From an uncultured delta proteobacterium (GTDB lineage: Bacteria > Myxococcota_A > Polyangia > Haliangiales > Haliangiaceae): DNA of 64,000 nt. A model generated the notes under the pieces. The model was not told where the DNA came from. It saw only the letters and a program-made list of their open reading frames with translations, and did not search any database. Each line of letters starts with the position of its first letter. Position 1 is the stretch's first letter. Below are positions 1 to 9,775 of this stretch, piece after piece. Made by a program: the position numbers and the translations under genes. Where the stretch lies: positions 224,001 to 288,000 of the forward strand of contig CAWKDB010000010.1 of NCBI GenBank assembly GCA_963848295.1. Reading direction: 5' to 3'.

Positions 1-141
1 AGGCTCACCGCCGCTGCGGACGTCAGCGCGAAGCGGATCGCCGAGCTCGAGCGAGAGATCGCGCCGCTCCATGCCGGCAGCGCGACCGGCGGCGGCAGCG
101 GCAGCGGCCAAGATCCGGCGGCCCCGCTCGCCGCCCCCTAG
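1..141 (+). CDS. C-terminal end of an unknown gene entering the window
   Basis: Frame 1 is open from base 1 (RLTAAADVSAKRIAELEREIAP...GGGSGSG...AAP*) to TAG at 139-141, overlapping the stop of the convergent MarR gene. Confidence 0.5.
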   Translation, partial: RLTAAADVSAKRIAELEREIAPLHAGSATGGGSGSGQDPAAPLAAP

Positions 142-632
142 TCTCGGTCGAGCTCTTCGATCAGCAGACCGACCAGTGACATCATCGCCGTGATGGCGGA
201 GGGTTCGGCGCGGGCGAGCGCTCGGCGCGTCGACGCTTCGACCGTGCCGCGCCGTTCGCGGTCGATGTTCTTGCCGGCCACCGTGAGGTGAAAGCGAGCG
301 CGCCGGCGATCGTCGACGTCGATGCTGCGCAGCAACAGGTCTCGCGCTTCGAGCCGCGCGAGCACGCCGCTGAGGGTGCTCGGATGCTTGCCGAGCGTCG
401 AGGCGATCTCGCTCGCGGTCTGGCCCGGCTGCTGGCCGACGATGCGAAGCACCAGGCGCTGGGGACTCGTGACGCCGATATCGCGCGCCATCTTCTTGGA
501 CTTCACATCGAGCGAGTGGACGAGGTCCCAGACGCGCTGCATGAACTGCAGCGTCTCGCCTGCGAACCGCGACCTGGGCGCCGACGAATGGGGCATTTTG
601 GGCAGACTAGGCAGCTCGCGCGACGAGGTCAA
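138..632 (-). CDS. MarR-family transcriptional regulator
   Basis: GVTSPQRLVL..., HTH (ASEIASTLGKHPSTLSGVLARLE) and the DxxDRR wing motif. Confidence 0.9.
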   Translation of the reverse strand: MTSSRELPSLPKMPHSSAPRSRFAGETLQFMQRVWDLVHSLDVKSKKMARDIGVTSPQRLVLRIVGQQPGQTASEIASTLGKHPSTLSGVLARLEARDLLLRSIDVDDRRRARFHLTVAGKNIDRERRGTVEASTRRALARAEPSAITAMMSLVGLLIEELDRD

Positions 633-3379
633 CGCTTCTTTCGCCTCGGCTTCGGCTTCGGCTTCGGCTTCGGCTTCGGTTTCGGTTTCGGTTTCGGTTT
701 CGGTTTCGGTTTCGGTTTCGGTTTCGGTTTCGGTTTCGGTCTCGGTCTCGGTTTCGGTTTCGGTTTCGGTTTCGGTTTCGGTTTCGGTTTCGGTTTCGGT
801 CTCGGTCTCGGTTTCGGTTTCGGTTTCGGTTTCGGTTTCGGTTTCGGTTTCGGTTTCGGTTTCGGTTTCGGTTTCGGTTTCGGTTTCGGTTTCGGTTTCG
901 GTTCCGGTCTCGATTCGGTCATCTCCGGCCGCTCACCGATCGCGACGACGCCGATCACGCGCTGGACCGCCGCGGCGATCTCATCGGATTCGAGCGGGTT
1001 GATCCACGGCTGGCCCTTCGCATGCGCGTCGGGTTCGATCGGCCGCTCGGAGATCCAGGCTGCCGCCTCGTGCGCCCGCCGCACCAGGTCGACGTCACCT
1101 GCCTCGAGCGCCGCGACTTGGCCGACGACGAGCGCGTAGTGCAAGAACCCGCGCGCGATCGCGGTGTCGCCCTGCCATTCGAGCACGAGCCGAGTGAGCT
1201 CGAGCAGCGCGCCGGCCCCTGGCCCGGCGACGAACGCGACGAGCGTATAGGCATACGCGCCCGCGGCGCGGGCATCGCGGCGTTCGGCGAGCAGCCCCAT
1301 GATCTGCGCGTGCAGCGCCGGGCTCCAGATCCGGCCGACCGCGTTGCCCATCCGCCAATACGCGCGACGCTCCGCGAACAATCGCTCGACGAGTGCGGCG
1401 CGCGAGATCGAGGTGTCGATCTCGGCTACCGCCGCGTACAGGTTCGCGACGACATCCTCGAGCTGATCGTCGAACGACTTGCCGTAGTCGAACGTCGGGC
1501 CCGGCTCCTTCTGCGCGGCGTAGCGCACGCCGTATTCGGTCAACGCATCGATCAGGAAGTCGGCGGCGCCCGGATGTGCGAAGCCGAACAGGTGATGGCC
1601 GGCGGACCCGCGCGCTTGCATCCGCGGATGGTGCAGCACGGTCGAGATCATCGCGCGCGCGGCGCGAATCGCCTGCGCGGCGTCGAGGCGCGGCACGACG
1701 CACAGGTTCGCGTCGAATGGATCGAAGAGCGTGTCGAACAACGCGCTGATGCACGTGCTGCCCGCGGTGCGCTCGACGAGATCCATCGCGCGCGCGAACA
1801 CGGCCGGCGCGGGCAGCCACGGGGCGAGCGCGGCCCACAGCGCCTTCTTCGCGAACCCGAGGTCGTGCAGGCCCGCGGTCGTCGCCGGCTCCGGGCCATC
1901 GACCGCCGCGAGCACGACGCCGATCAGCGGATGGTCTGCCCGATCGATCTGCGCCGCGATCACCGGCCCGAGCGCCTCGAGCGTCGGCAGATCGAGCATC
2001 ACCGCGGTGTGCGAGACCAGCTCGACATCGCCGACCTCGCTCGCCGCCCACGCGATCAGCTCGGGCGTCGGCTTGTTGAGTGCGACGCGCTGCAAGACTC
2101 GGCGCGCGAGCGCCGGCCGGGTCGCAGCGTCGAGAGCTCCGATCGCACCGGAGATCTCCGCCGGCTTTTCGATCAACCGCTGGAACGGCGCGATCAGCGC
2201 ATCGGCGACCGCGATGTCGGCCTCGATGGCATCGACCGGCAGCCCGGCGATCTGCGCCGCTCGCATCGCCATCTGCAGGCCCCGCCGGTTGTAGCGGTCG
2301 GCCGCGACCAGCGCTCGCGTCGCATTGACCAGCGCCTTGGTGTCATAGGCGAGCTCGTGGACGAGCCACAGCGCCTCGAGCCCGAGCCACCAGGGCTCGT
2401 CGGACATCGGCACCGCGATCGCGAGCGCATCGGCGTGGCCGCTGGCGGTGGCGCCAGCGCGGCGATCGAGCACGGCGCGCACGAGCTCGGTGCCCGGAGT
2501 GACGTCGGGGATGCGATCGAGCGCGGCCTCGACCAGCGCGGCATCGAGTCCGCCGGTCGTCACCGCTCCGACGACCGACAGCGCGTGGGTCAGTGACTTC
2601 GTGCTCGGCGAGATCTCGAGCGCGCGCAGGCACGCACGGGCGACGTCATCGCCATCGAGCGCGAACGCACCATAGGCGACCGCATGGGCACGCCGCGCGC
2701 GAAACTCCGGGACCACCGCGACGTCGGCGGCGAGCGCGAGCGGACCGAACCGCGCGACGAACGCGCGCACGAGCTCGGCCGAGCGGCCGCCGATCGCCGC
2801 GACCACCGCCGAGCGCAGGCCATCGTCGACCAGCGCGGTGGCGTGGAGCAGCCAATAGATCGCGAGGTGTGGGTCGCCTGGCAGGCTCGGAACTTCGGCG
2901 GCAAACGCCGCATCGCACGCCGCGCGCGTCGGCCACGTGACGCGGAACAGCCCGATCGCCTTGCGCACGAGGTCCTCGGCCGACAACACCGGCGCCCCGC
3001 CGTGGAGCTGCGGCTGCGCGAACCACCAGACCAGCCACTGGTAGCGCTTCGCGAGCGCCGCGGTCGTCGGCGCGCGGACGCGGCCGCCGTCACCATCGCC
3101 CCGTTGGCGGACCGCTCGCAGCTGATGGTCCTGGAAGTATGTGCCGCGATCGCCGCGCAGATCGTAGAGCGTGAAGTCGTCGTTCGTATCGTCGAGCACG
3201 ACGAAGCCGGACAGCGTCTTGTCGATCGCGCCGAAGTACGCGTAGTTCGCGCGCAGGTGCGCCGACACCAGATCGGGGTCCTCGCGGCGGGTCAGCTGCT
3301 CGTCGCAGCGCGCCGCGAGCTCGCGCGTCACCGGCATGCCGTAGAACCGGGTGGCCCACGCGGGGTCCAGGCTCGCCAT
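629..3379 (-). CDS. Large hypothetical protein: possible degenerate SMI1/KNR4-like N-terminus, alpha-helical body, (KP)n tail
   Basis: 916-aa ORF with typical codon usage; 4-bp overlap with the MarR start; C-terminal PKPKPK...RRKKR. Confidence 0.7.
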   Translation of the reverse strand: MASLDPAWATRFYGMPVTRELAARCDEQLTRREDPDLVSAHLRANYAYFGAIDKTLSGFVVLDDTNDDFTLYDLRGDRGTYFQDHQLRAVRQRGDGDGGRVRAPTTAALAKRYQWLVWWFAQPQLHGGAPVLSAEDLVRKAIGLFRVTWPTRAACDAAFAAEVPSLPGDPHLAIYWLLHATALVDDGLRSAVVAAIGGRSAELVRAFVARFGPLALAADVAVVPEFRARRAHAVAYGAFALDGDDVARACLRALEISPSTKSLTHALSVVGAVTTGGLDAALVEAALDRIPDVTPGTELVRAVLDRRAGATASGHADALAIAVPMSDEPWWLGLEALWLVHELAYDTKALVNATRALVAADRYNRRGLQMAMRAAQIAGLPVDAIEADIAVADALIAPFQRLIEKPAEISGAIGALDAATRPALARRVLQRVALNKPTPELIAWAASEVGDVELVSHTAVMLDLPTLEALGPVIAAQIDRADHPLIGVVLAAVDGPEPATTAGLHDLGFAKKALWAALAPWLPAPAVFARAMDLVERTAGSTCISALFDTLFDPFDANLCVVPRLDAAQAIRAARAMISTVLHHPRMQARGSAGHHLFGFAHPGAADFLIDALTEYGVRYAAQKEPGPTFDYGKSFDDQLEDVVANLYAAVAEIDTSISRAALVERLFAERRAYWRMGNAVGRIWSPALHAQIMGLLAERRDARAAGAYAYTLVAFVAGPGAGALLELTRLVLEWQGDTAIARGFLHYALVVGQVAALEAGDVDLVRRAHEAAAWISERPIEPDAHAKGQPWINPLESDEIAAAVQRVIGVVAIGERPEMTESRPEPKPKPKPKPKPKPKPKPKPKPKPKPKPKPKPRPRPKPKPKPKPKPKPKPKPRPRPKPKPKPKPKPKPKPKPKPKPKPKPKPKPKPRRKKR
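645..908. repeat. Hexamer tandem repeat (TTCGGT/TTCGGC/CTCGGT), about 43 units, encoding poly(KP)
   Basis: Directly visible; the 60-bp blocks starting at 721 and 781 are identical, including the CTCGGT variants. Confidence 0.97.
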
Positions 3380-3405
3380 TGCAACGATGGCGTATCACAG
3401 AGCGA

Positions 3406-4050
3406 TCACGCGTGCGCGATCATCGGCGTCGTCGGACCGGGGAGATCGACATGGTCGACCAGCCAGCGCGCGACCGCTTCGCGAGCCACGGTCGCGGTGA
3501 GGGCGAAACGCTCGACCTCGCGGACCGGACGAGCGCGACCCGGGGTGAGCGTCACCGGGCGCACCGCGGTCCACTCGAGCGCGCTCGCCGCGAGGATCGC
3601 CTCGGCGACCGCGAGATCGCGATACGCGACCCCGATCTTGCTGTGACCGACCAGCCAGCGCATCGGCCAGCTCATCCGCGGTGCGCTATCCGCGACGCCC
3701 GCAGCGCTGATCGCGAGCACGCGGCGGACCCCGCCCGGCGCAGCGCCGTCGACGATCGCCTGCGCGGTGCGCGCGACCAGATCGGGCGGCGACAACAGCC
3801 TCGACCACGGGTTGCGCGGCCGGCGTCGGCGGATCCCGACGCACGAGATCACGACCTCGCGACCTCGCATCGCGTCGGCGATCGCCCCGGCGCGCAGCAG
3901 CTCGTCGCGGATCACCGTCGCACCCGCCGGCGCGTCATAAGGCGCCGCGGGCCTGACCAGCGCGGCCACGTCGTGGCCGGCTGCGAGCGCGATCCGCACG
4001 ACGTGGACACCGCAGCCGCCGGACGCGCCGAGCACCAAGATGCGAGCCAC
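3406..4050 (-). CDS. NAD(P)H-binding oxidoreductase (flavin reductase/atypical SDR-like)
   Basis: N-terminal ILVLGASGGCG Rossmann motif; LEWTAVRP motif. Confidence 0.85.
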   Translation of the reverse strand: MARILVLGASGGCGVHVVRIALAAGHDVAALVRPAAPYDAPAGATVIRDELLRAGAIADAMRGREVVISCVGIRRRRPRNPWSRLLSPPDLVARTAQAIVDGAAPGGVRRVLAISAAGVADSAPRMSWPMRWLVGHSKIGVAYRDLAVAEAILAASALEWTAVRPVTLTPGRARPVREVERFALTATVAREAVARWLVDHVDLPGPTTPMIAHA

Positions 4051-4101
4051 GGCACTACGATGCGACCGCTCGCCGGCGCGATGTGCGGCGCGTCGTCGCA
4101 G

Positions 4102-5913
4102 CTACCAGCAGTCGTCGGCGACGGTCATCAAGTCCAGCTCGCTCGCCTCGATCAACCTGCGCGCATGCGCGATGCCCGGCAGGATCTCGCGCGCGTAGAA
4201 CCGCGCCGCGGCGAGCTTGCCGCGATAGAATGCGCGGTCCGCTTCCGAGGCACTCGGCAGCTTGTCGTGCGCGACCTTCGCCGACACCGCGAGCCGCCAG
4301 CCGATCACGAGCTCGCCGAGCGCGGCGAGGATGCGATTGCCCTGCAACCCGACGTGATAGACGCTCGCCGCGACCTTGCCCATCATCGCGCCGAAGATCG
4401 CCTGGACGTCGCCGAGCGCGGCGCCGAGCGCGGCCTTCTCGACCGCGAGCTCGGCCGGCAGCCCCGCCGCGGTCTTGCCGATCTCGCCGAGCAGCGCGGT
4501 CAGCGTCGCACCGCGATCGCGCGCGACCTTGCGAAAGAACAAGTCGAGCGCCTGGATGTGGGTCGTGCCCTCGTAGAGCGAATCGATCTTCTGGTCGCGG
4601 ATGTACTGCTCGATCGGATAGTCCTGGCAGTAGCCCGAGCCGCCGAAGCACTGCAGCGACAGGGCGAGCAGCTCGTAGACCTTCTCGGATCCGTAGCCCT
4701 TGATGATCGGCAGCAGCAGGTCGTTGAGCTGCGCGAGCGGTCGCGCCTCGGCGCTGGCGTGGCCGCCCCGGAGGTCGATCTGATCTTGCACGTGCGCGGT
4801 CCACAGCACCATCGCGCGCAAGCCTTCGGCGAACGCCTTCTGCAGCATCAGCATGCGGCGAACGTCGGGATGGCGAATGATCTCGACGCGCGGCGCGGCC
4901 TTGTCGGCGGCTTGCGCGAGGTCGGCGCCCTGCTTGCGCACGCGGGTGTAGTCGAGCGCGTTGCCGTACGCGGTCGACAGCGTCGCCATCGACTTCGTGC
5001 CGACCGCCATCCGCGCGTACTCGATGACGTGGAACATCTGCGCGATACCGTCGTGGACCTCGCCGAGCAATAGGCCGCGGCATGGCACCGCCGCGTCTGC
5101 GCCGAGCGTCAGCTCGCAGGTCGCGGAGCCGCGGATGCCCATCTTGTGCTCGACGTTCGTGACGACCGCGCCGTTGCGCGCGCCGAGCGTGCCGTCGGCC
5201 TCGACCCAATACTTCGGGACGATGAACATCGACAGGCCCTTGGTGCCGGGGCCCGCGCCTTCCGGTCGCGCGAGCACCATGTGAACGATGTTGTTCGGGT
5301 GATCGAAGTCGCCGTTCGTGATGAACCGCTTGACCCCCTCGAGGTGATATTCGTCGCCCGCGACGTGGCGCGCTCGCGTCGTGCCCGCGCCGACATCCGA
5401 GCCCGCGCCGGGCTCGGTCAACACCATCGTCGCGCCCCAGTAGTGCGCGATCATGTTTTGCACGTAGCGCTTGCGCTGCGCGTCGGTGCCGAGCGACTGG
5501 ACGATCGTCGCCATGAACGTGCCGAGCGTGTAGAACGTGACGGCGGGGTTCGAGCCGGCGAGCAGCTCGAACGAGGCCCAGCGCAGCGACGGTGGCGCGC
5601 CGAACCCGCCGAGCGACTCCGGCAGCTCGATCTTGTTCCACCCGCCTTCGTAGTAAGCGTCGAGCGCGCGCAACATGCCCTTCGGCAGCGTGACGTTGCC
5701 CTTGCCGTCGAAGTGCGCGCCTTCGCGATCGGCGTCGGCGAACGCCGGCGACCACGTCGCCTGCACGACCTCGAGTAGGCCTTCGAGCGACGCGCGAGCG
5801 GTTGCCTCGTCCATCGAGTCGAACGGCGCCTTGCCGAGCACCGACGCTTGCACGTCGAGCACTTCGAACAGGTTGAAGAACGTGTCGCGGAGGTTCGGCC
5901 GGAAGTGCGTCAC
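4102..5913 (-). CDS. Acyl-CoA dehydrogenase (long ~600-aa type)
   Basis: TMVLTEPGAGSDVG, GVKRFIT, EHKMGIRGSATC, FGGSGY, DSLYEGTTHIQ motifs. Confidence 0.95.
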   Translation of the reverse strand: MTHFRPNLRDTFFNLFEVLDVQASVLGKAPFDSMDEATARASLEGLLEVVQATWSPAFADADREGAHFDGKGNVTLPKGMLRALDAYYEGGWNKIELPESLGGFGAPPSLRWASFELLAGSNPAVTFYTLGTFMATIVQSLGTDAQRKRYVQNMIAHYWGATMVLTEPGAGSDVGAGTTRARHVAGDEYHLEGVKRFITNGDFDHPNNIVHMVLARPEGAGPGTKGLSMFIVPKYWVEADGTLGARNGAVVTNVEHKMGIRGSATCELTLGADAAVPCRGLLLGEVHDGIAQMFHVIEYARMAVGTKSMATLSTAYGNALDYTRVRKQGADLAQAADKAAPRVEIIRHPDVRRMLMLQKAFAEGLRAMVLWTAHVQDQIDLRGGHASAEARPLAQLNDLLLPIIKGYGSEKVYELLALSLQCFGGSGYCQDYPIEQYIRDQKIDSLYEGTTHIQALDLFFRKVARDRGATLTALLGEIGKTAAGLPAELAVEKAALGAALGDVQAIFGAMMGKVAASVYHVGLQGNRILAALGELVIGWRLAVSAKVAHDKLPSASEADRAFYRGKLAAARFYAREILPGIAHARRLIEASELDLMTVADDCW

Positions 5914-5932
5914 CGGCGCAGCATACAGGTAA

Positions 5933-6415
5933 CTACGCGGCGAGCTCTTTGCTCATCTCGACGAAGTGACACGGCTGCTTGACCTTGCGATCGACGTACG
6001 GCGCGGTGCCGACCTCGCGATAGCCGAGCGCGCGATACCACCGCGCGAGCTGGTCGCGCAGGTTGACGACGCGGAGATGGACCGAGCTGCAGCCGACCGC
6101 CTCCGACATCGCCTCGGCGATCCGCACCAACCGCGTGCCGAGGCCGCGGCCCTGGAAATCGGGCGACACCGAGACCATGCCGATGTGCGCAGCGCCGGCT
6201 TTGACCTCGACGTGGACCGCGGCGGCGAATCCGCCCTCGCGTTCGAGCACGAGGAAGGCGCCGCGCTCGACCAGCGCCGCGACCTCCTGGGCATCGGTGC
6301 GGGCGCCATCGACGAAGAACGCCTCCACCGCATAAGCGGCGTTCACGAGCTCTGCGAGCTTTGCCGCATCTTTTGTGGTGGCACGGCGAACCGAAATCGC
6401 GAGGTCATGGGTCAC
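5933..6415 (-). CDS. GNAT-family N-acetyltransferase
   Basis: VSPDFQGRGLG acetyl-CoA motif; WYRALGY. Confidence 0.9.
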   Translation of the reverse strand: MTHDLAISVRRATTKDAAKLAELVNAAYAVEAFFVDGARTDAQEVAALVERGAFLVLEREGGFAAAVHVEVKAGAAHIGMVSVSPDFQGRGLGTRLVRIAEAMSEAVGCSSVHLRVVNLRDQLARWYRALGYREVGTAPYVDRKVKQPCHFVEMSKELAA

Positions 6416-6467
6416 AGACGACAGGTAGCAGGTGCCTCCGACAGTTCATTCGCCAGACCGGATGCCT

Positions 6468-6639
6468 GGGCCCCGTAAACCGGCCCCTCGGCCTAGGGAT
6501 TCGGCCGTCCTTCGCTTCGCGGCGGACAGCCGAGCGATCGATCGGCCTCGGGGCCCCGTAAACGGGGGCCCCTCGGCCTAGGGATTCGGCCGTCCTTCGC
6601 TTCGCGGCGGACAGCCGAGCGATCGATCGGCCTCGGGGC
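6468..6639. repeat. Tandem palindromic repeat, two units (83 and 85 bp), REP/BIME-like
   Basis: Units 6468-6550 and 6551-6635 are nearly identical; they contain GGGCCCCG-TAAA-CGGGGGCCC and TCGGCCGTCC...GGACAGCCGA hairpins. Confidence 0.9.
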
Positions 6640-6760
6640 TGAAATAGCCGTTGTCGCACCCCGGTTCTTGTGTTGTAAGTGTCCCGCAAACGTCACGTAG
6701 CCGCCCTGGGATCGCCGCGCCGCCCCGTCATGCTTGCTCGCGTAATCACCTGAGGAATTC

Positions 6761-6883
6761 ATGTTGAGCTTGGCCGATAGGATGGTGAAGGCGGTTTCGA
6801 ATGCGACGGTCGGCACCGTGATCGTGTTGTTCCATGTTGCCCTGGCCGATCGCGCGCGTAGGCCTCGCCGTCTCCCCTTGTAA
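6761..6883 (+). CDS. Putative 40-aa small membrane peptide
   Basis: GAGGA just before [43 protein letters not shown]; below the ORF-track cutoff. Confidence 0.35.
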   Translation: MLSLADRMVKAVSNATVGTVIVLFHVALADRARRPRRLPL

Positions 6884-6924
6884 GGTCGCCGAAATCTTCG
6901 CGCGGTCTCGCGCGTTGAATCAGG

Positions 6925-8028
6925 ATGCGTTACGTCGCGCTCGCGCTGTGCGCGTGCTCGTCCGCCACAGGCGCGCCGCCCGCGACGGGTCGCGCCGAGC
7001 CAGTGTCGCGAGTCGCGCCGGTGTCGGTTTCCCCGCCCGCTCCGATCGGGAACCCGGCGGTCGTGACCGCGATCACCGCGGTCCGGATCGCCGCCGCGGT
7101 CGACCACGGCGCCGCGACGGATCGCCCCACCTACGCGCGGGCCGACCAGCGCGTGACGCTCTACGCGGTGCTCGAGGTCGGCCACACGGTATTCAGCGAT
7201 GCCCCCGCGCTCGTGCTCGACGGCCACAAAGTGACCTCCCGCCCGCTGTCCGCGGCACCGGCCGCGACGCTCGCCTGGCAACGCGTCGAGCCTGCCGCAG
7301 CGAGCTATTCGAACACCGACGAGCACGACGCGAACTTCCACTACGAGCCGATCGAGTATCGAGCGACGCCGATCGCGAACGCCGCCGCCGGCTCGCTCGC
7401 AGCCGATGTCCGACCGACGCTGACCCCCGATCACGGCGATGGCGTCGGCACGATGCGCTACCAGCTGGTCGCGCAGCAACGCGATCACACGACCGCGAGC
7501 GCCGGCCCCGAAGCGCGCCGCGGCCGAGGCTCGGGCGGCCTGACCGACGCGGTGATGCGCGTGTCGATCCGCCGCGACGACACCTATCTCGGCTACCTCA
7601 CCGAGATGTTTGGCCAGCCCTACGTCTGGGCCTCGGCAGGCGCCAGCGACGCGACCCACCAGAGCGAGCGACTCGAGGGCGCCGATTGCGCCGACTTCGT
7701 GGTCTATGGCGCGCGCCGCGCCGGCAAGCACATCGCGTACACCTGGACGGGCGGCCTGCCCGCGGTCACGTCATTGCTCGCGGCGGGCACGCGAGGCGAC
7801 GATGGGGTGTATCGCGATGCCCACGGCCGCCCCGTGAGGTTCCCGCGGGTCGGCGATCTCGTCCTGTTCCCACGCCATGTCGGGGCGCTCGTCGAAGATC
7901 GCGGCGTGATCGGCGTGCTCGATGATCAGGACTTGATGATGCACGCGCTCTTCGATACCCCGAAGGTCGTGCCGATCGCCGAGTCGGGCTACGCCGACAA
8001 GCCGGTCGAGCTGCGCCGGTTTCGCTAG
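6925..8028 (+). CDS. Lipoprotein with C-terminal NlpC/P60-like (papain-fold) domain
   Basis: Lipobox-like LALCAC; GQPYVW...GADCADFV...GDLVLF..HVG...MMHA, the Cys/His/His arrangement of NlpC/P60. Confidence 0.7.
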   Translation: MRYVALALCACSSATGAPPATGRAEPVSRVAPVSVSPPAPIGNPAVVTAITAVRIAAAVDHGAATDRPTYARADQRVTLYAVLEVGHTVFSDAPALVLDGHKVTSRPLSAAPAATLAWQRVEPAAASYSNTDEHDANFHYEPIEYRATPIANAAAGSLAADVRPTLTPDHGDGVGTMRYQLVAQQRDHTTASAGPEARRGRGSGGLTDAVMRVSIRRDDTYLGYLTEMFGQPYVWASAGASDATHQSERLEGADCADFVVYGARRAGKHIAYTWTGGLPAVTSLLAAGTRGDDGVYRDAHGRPVRFPRVGDLVLFPRHVGALVEDRGVIGVLDDQDLMMHALFDTPKVVPIAESGYADKPVELRRFR

Positions 8029-9665
8029 CCCGGATCATTCGCGAAGGGAGCGCGCCGCGAGGAGCGCATCGCCGGAATTTCGGTGCCGGTACGCAGGTTT
8101 CGCTGTTTGTGAAGACAAACGAATTTGCCCACGCACCGACGACACCGTGTATTCCACCGATCGAGCTTCAGTTCCAGCGCCGCCGCGCGATTCTGAGCGC
8201 TGACGCCGAACAGGTGTCCTCCGATGGCGGCGTCGTGCTGCTGCGCAAGCTCGACGAGCGGTTGGAGCTGACGACGCGTCTGACAGCGTTACTCGGCGAT
8301 CGGCGCGACTCAGCTCGAGTTCGGCATTCGCGCCTCGAGCAAGTCCGGCAGCGCGTCTATCAGATCTGCCTCGGCTACGAGGACTGCAACGATGCGGACT
8401 GGTTGCGCCACGATCCGGCACTTCGCCTGGCGTGCGACGCCGAAGATCACGCGATGTCATCGCAGCCGACGCTGTCGCGGTTCGAAAACGCGATCACCGG
8501 TCGCGAGCTCAATCGGCTGACTCGCGCCTACGAGCAGGTCTACGTCGACGAACTCGTATCGACGACCGACCTGATCGTTCTGGACATCGACTCCACCGAT
8601 GACCAGACCCACGGCAACCAGGAGCTCATGTGTTTCCACGGCTTCTACGACCAGCACATGCTTCACCCGCTGCTCGTGTTCGACGCCCTGAGTGGGCAGC
8701 TGATCACCGCCTTGCTCCGGCCCGGGCGTGCGCACGCCGCCAAGGGTGCGATCACGATCCTCACGCGGCTGATTCGAGCCATTCGCCGACGGTGCCCCCA
8801 CGCAAGCATCCTGGTGCGCGGTGACTCCGCGTTTGCGATGCCCAAGCTCCTCGATCGCCTCGAGCAGCTTGACGCCGAGCTCGGCGACGTCGAGTACGTG
8901 ATCGGTGTCGCGAAGAATTCGCGGCTGCTGGAGTTTGCCAAGCCGCTGCGGTCCTCCGTCGAGGAGGAATTCCTCGACGGCAAGCGATTCGTTCGCCGCT
9001 TCACTTGGCTGTCGTACGCCTCGAAGTCCTGGCCCGCCGAGCGCCACGTGATCTGCAAGGTCGAGCACAGCGAGCGCGGCGAGAATCCGCGATTCGTGGT
9101 GACCACGCTCGACGAGTTCTCCCCAGGTCTCATCTATGACGTCGCCTACTGCGCACGCGGGCAGTCGGAGAACTTCATCAAGGACCTCAAGAACGCGCTC
9201 CACGCCGATCGTCTGTCGTGTCACCGCTTCGTCGCCAACGCCTTCCGTCTCTTGCTGCACGCCATCGCCTACCGCTTGATGCATGCGTTGCGTGCCACCG
9301 TCGCGCGCGTCGCCCCTACCACCGAGTATGTCTCCACCGATCGCGTTCGGCTCGCAACCGCCCAGATGGACACTCTTCGCTTGCGGCTACTCAAGGTCGC
9401 GGCTCACGTCACGGCATCCGTCCGCCGCGTCCTCGTCCGCCTGCCGCGAGCCTTCCCGCTCGCCCACATCTTCTTCGCCGTGGCGCGCGACCTCGGCGTC
9501 ACGTAGTCGGCGATTCTTTGACAACCAGTGCGCCGCCTCCCGGATCGCCGACCGTTGCGGCGTGGCGCCGCGGCAACGATGCGAGCTCGCGACGTACCCT
9601 GACCGTGCGCGAGGCGGCTCCGCCGCCAAGCGCCGGTCAGCTGGAGCCATCACGAATGATCCGGG
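8029..9665 (+). mobile_element. IS1380-family insertion sequence, 1637 bp, 4-bp CTAG target duplication
   Basis: Left IR CCCGGATCATTCGCGAAGG; right IR reverse complement CCCGGATCATTCGTGATGG (17/19); CTAG at 8025-8028 and 9666-9669. Confidence 0.95.
8109..9506 (+). CDS. IS1380-family DDE transposase
   Basis: SSDGG, GYEDCND, SQPTLSRFEN, LDIDSTDD, VRGDSAF, YCARGQSENFIKDLK. Confidence 0.95.
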   Translation: MKTNEFAHAPTTPCIPPIELQFQRRRAILSADAEQVSSDGGVVLLRKLDERLELTTRLTALLGDRRDSARVRHSRLEQVRQRVYQICLGYEDCNDADWLRHDPALRLACDAEDHAMSSQPTLSRFENAITGRELNRLTRAYEQVYVDELVSTTDLIVLDIDSTDDQTHGNQELMCFHGFYDQHMLHPLLVFDALSGQLITALLRPGRAHAAKGAITILTRLIRAIRRRCPHASILVRGDSAFAMPKLLDRLEQLDAELGDVEYVIGVAKNSRLLEFAKPLRSSVEEEFLDGKRFVRRFTWLSYASKSWPAERHVICKVEHSERGENPRFVVTTLDEFSPGLIYDVAYCARGQSENFIKDLKNALHADRLSCHRFVANAFRLLLHAIAYRLMHALRATVARVAPTTEYVSTDRVRLATAQMDTLRLRLLKVAAHVTASVRRVLVRLPRAFPLAHIFFAVARDLGVT

Positions 9666-9775
9666 CTAGCTCCGCGCGCTCGGCGACGGTCGATCTGAAC
9701 CGCACCGCCCTGCGGCGGTGCTGCCCGTCCCGGCTAGCCGCGACGATCGAACAACCAGGCCCGACGAGTGCCCGA

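Noticed and set aside
288..1139. Plus-strand ORFs with poly(GF) or poly(VS) tracts
   Set aside because: Antisense readings of the hexamer repeat; the minus-strand genes explain the region
6468..6639. Possible CRISPR array
   Set aside because: Whole units repeat with no unique spacers, and there are no cas genes
9702..9721. GC hairpin GCACCGCC/GGCGGTGC as an intrinsic terminator
   Set aside because: No U-tract on either strand, and such stems are common at this GC content
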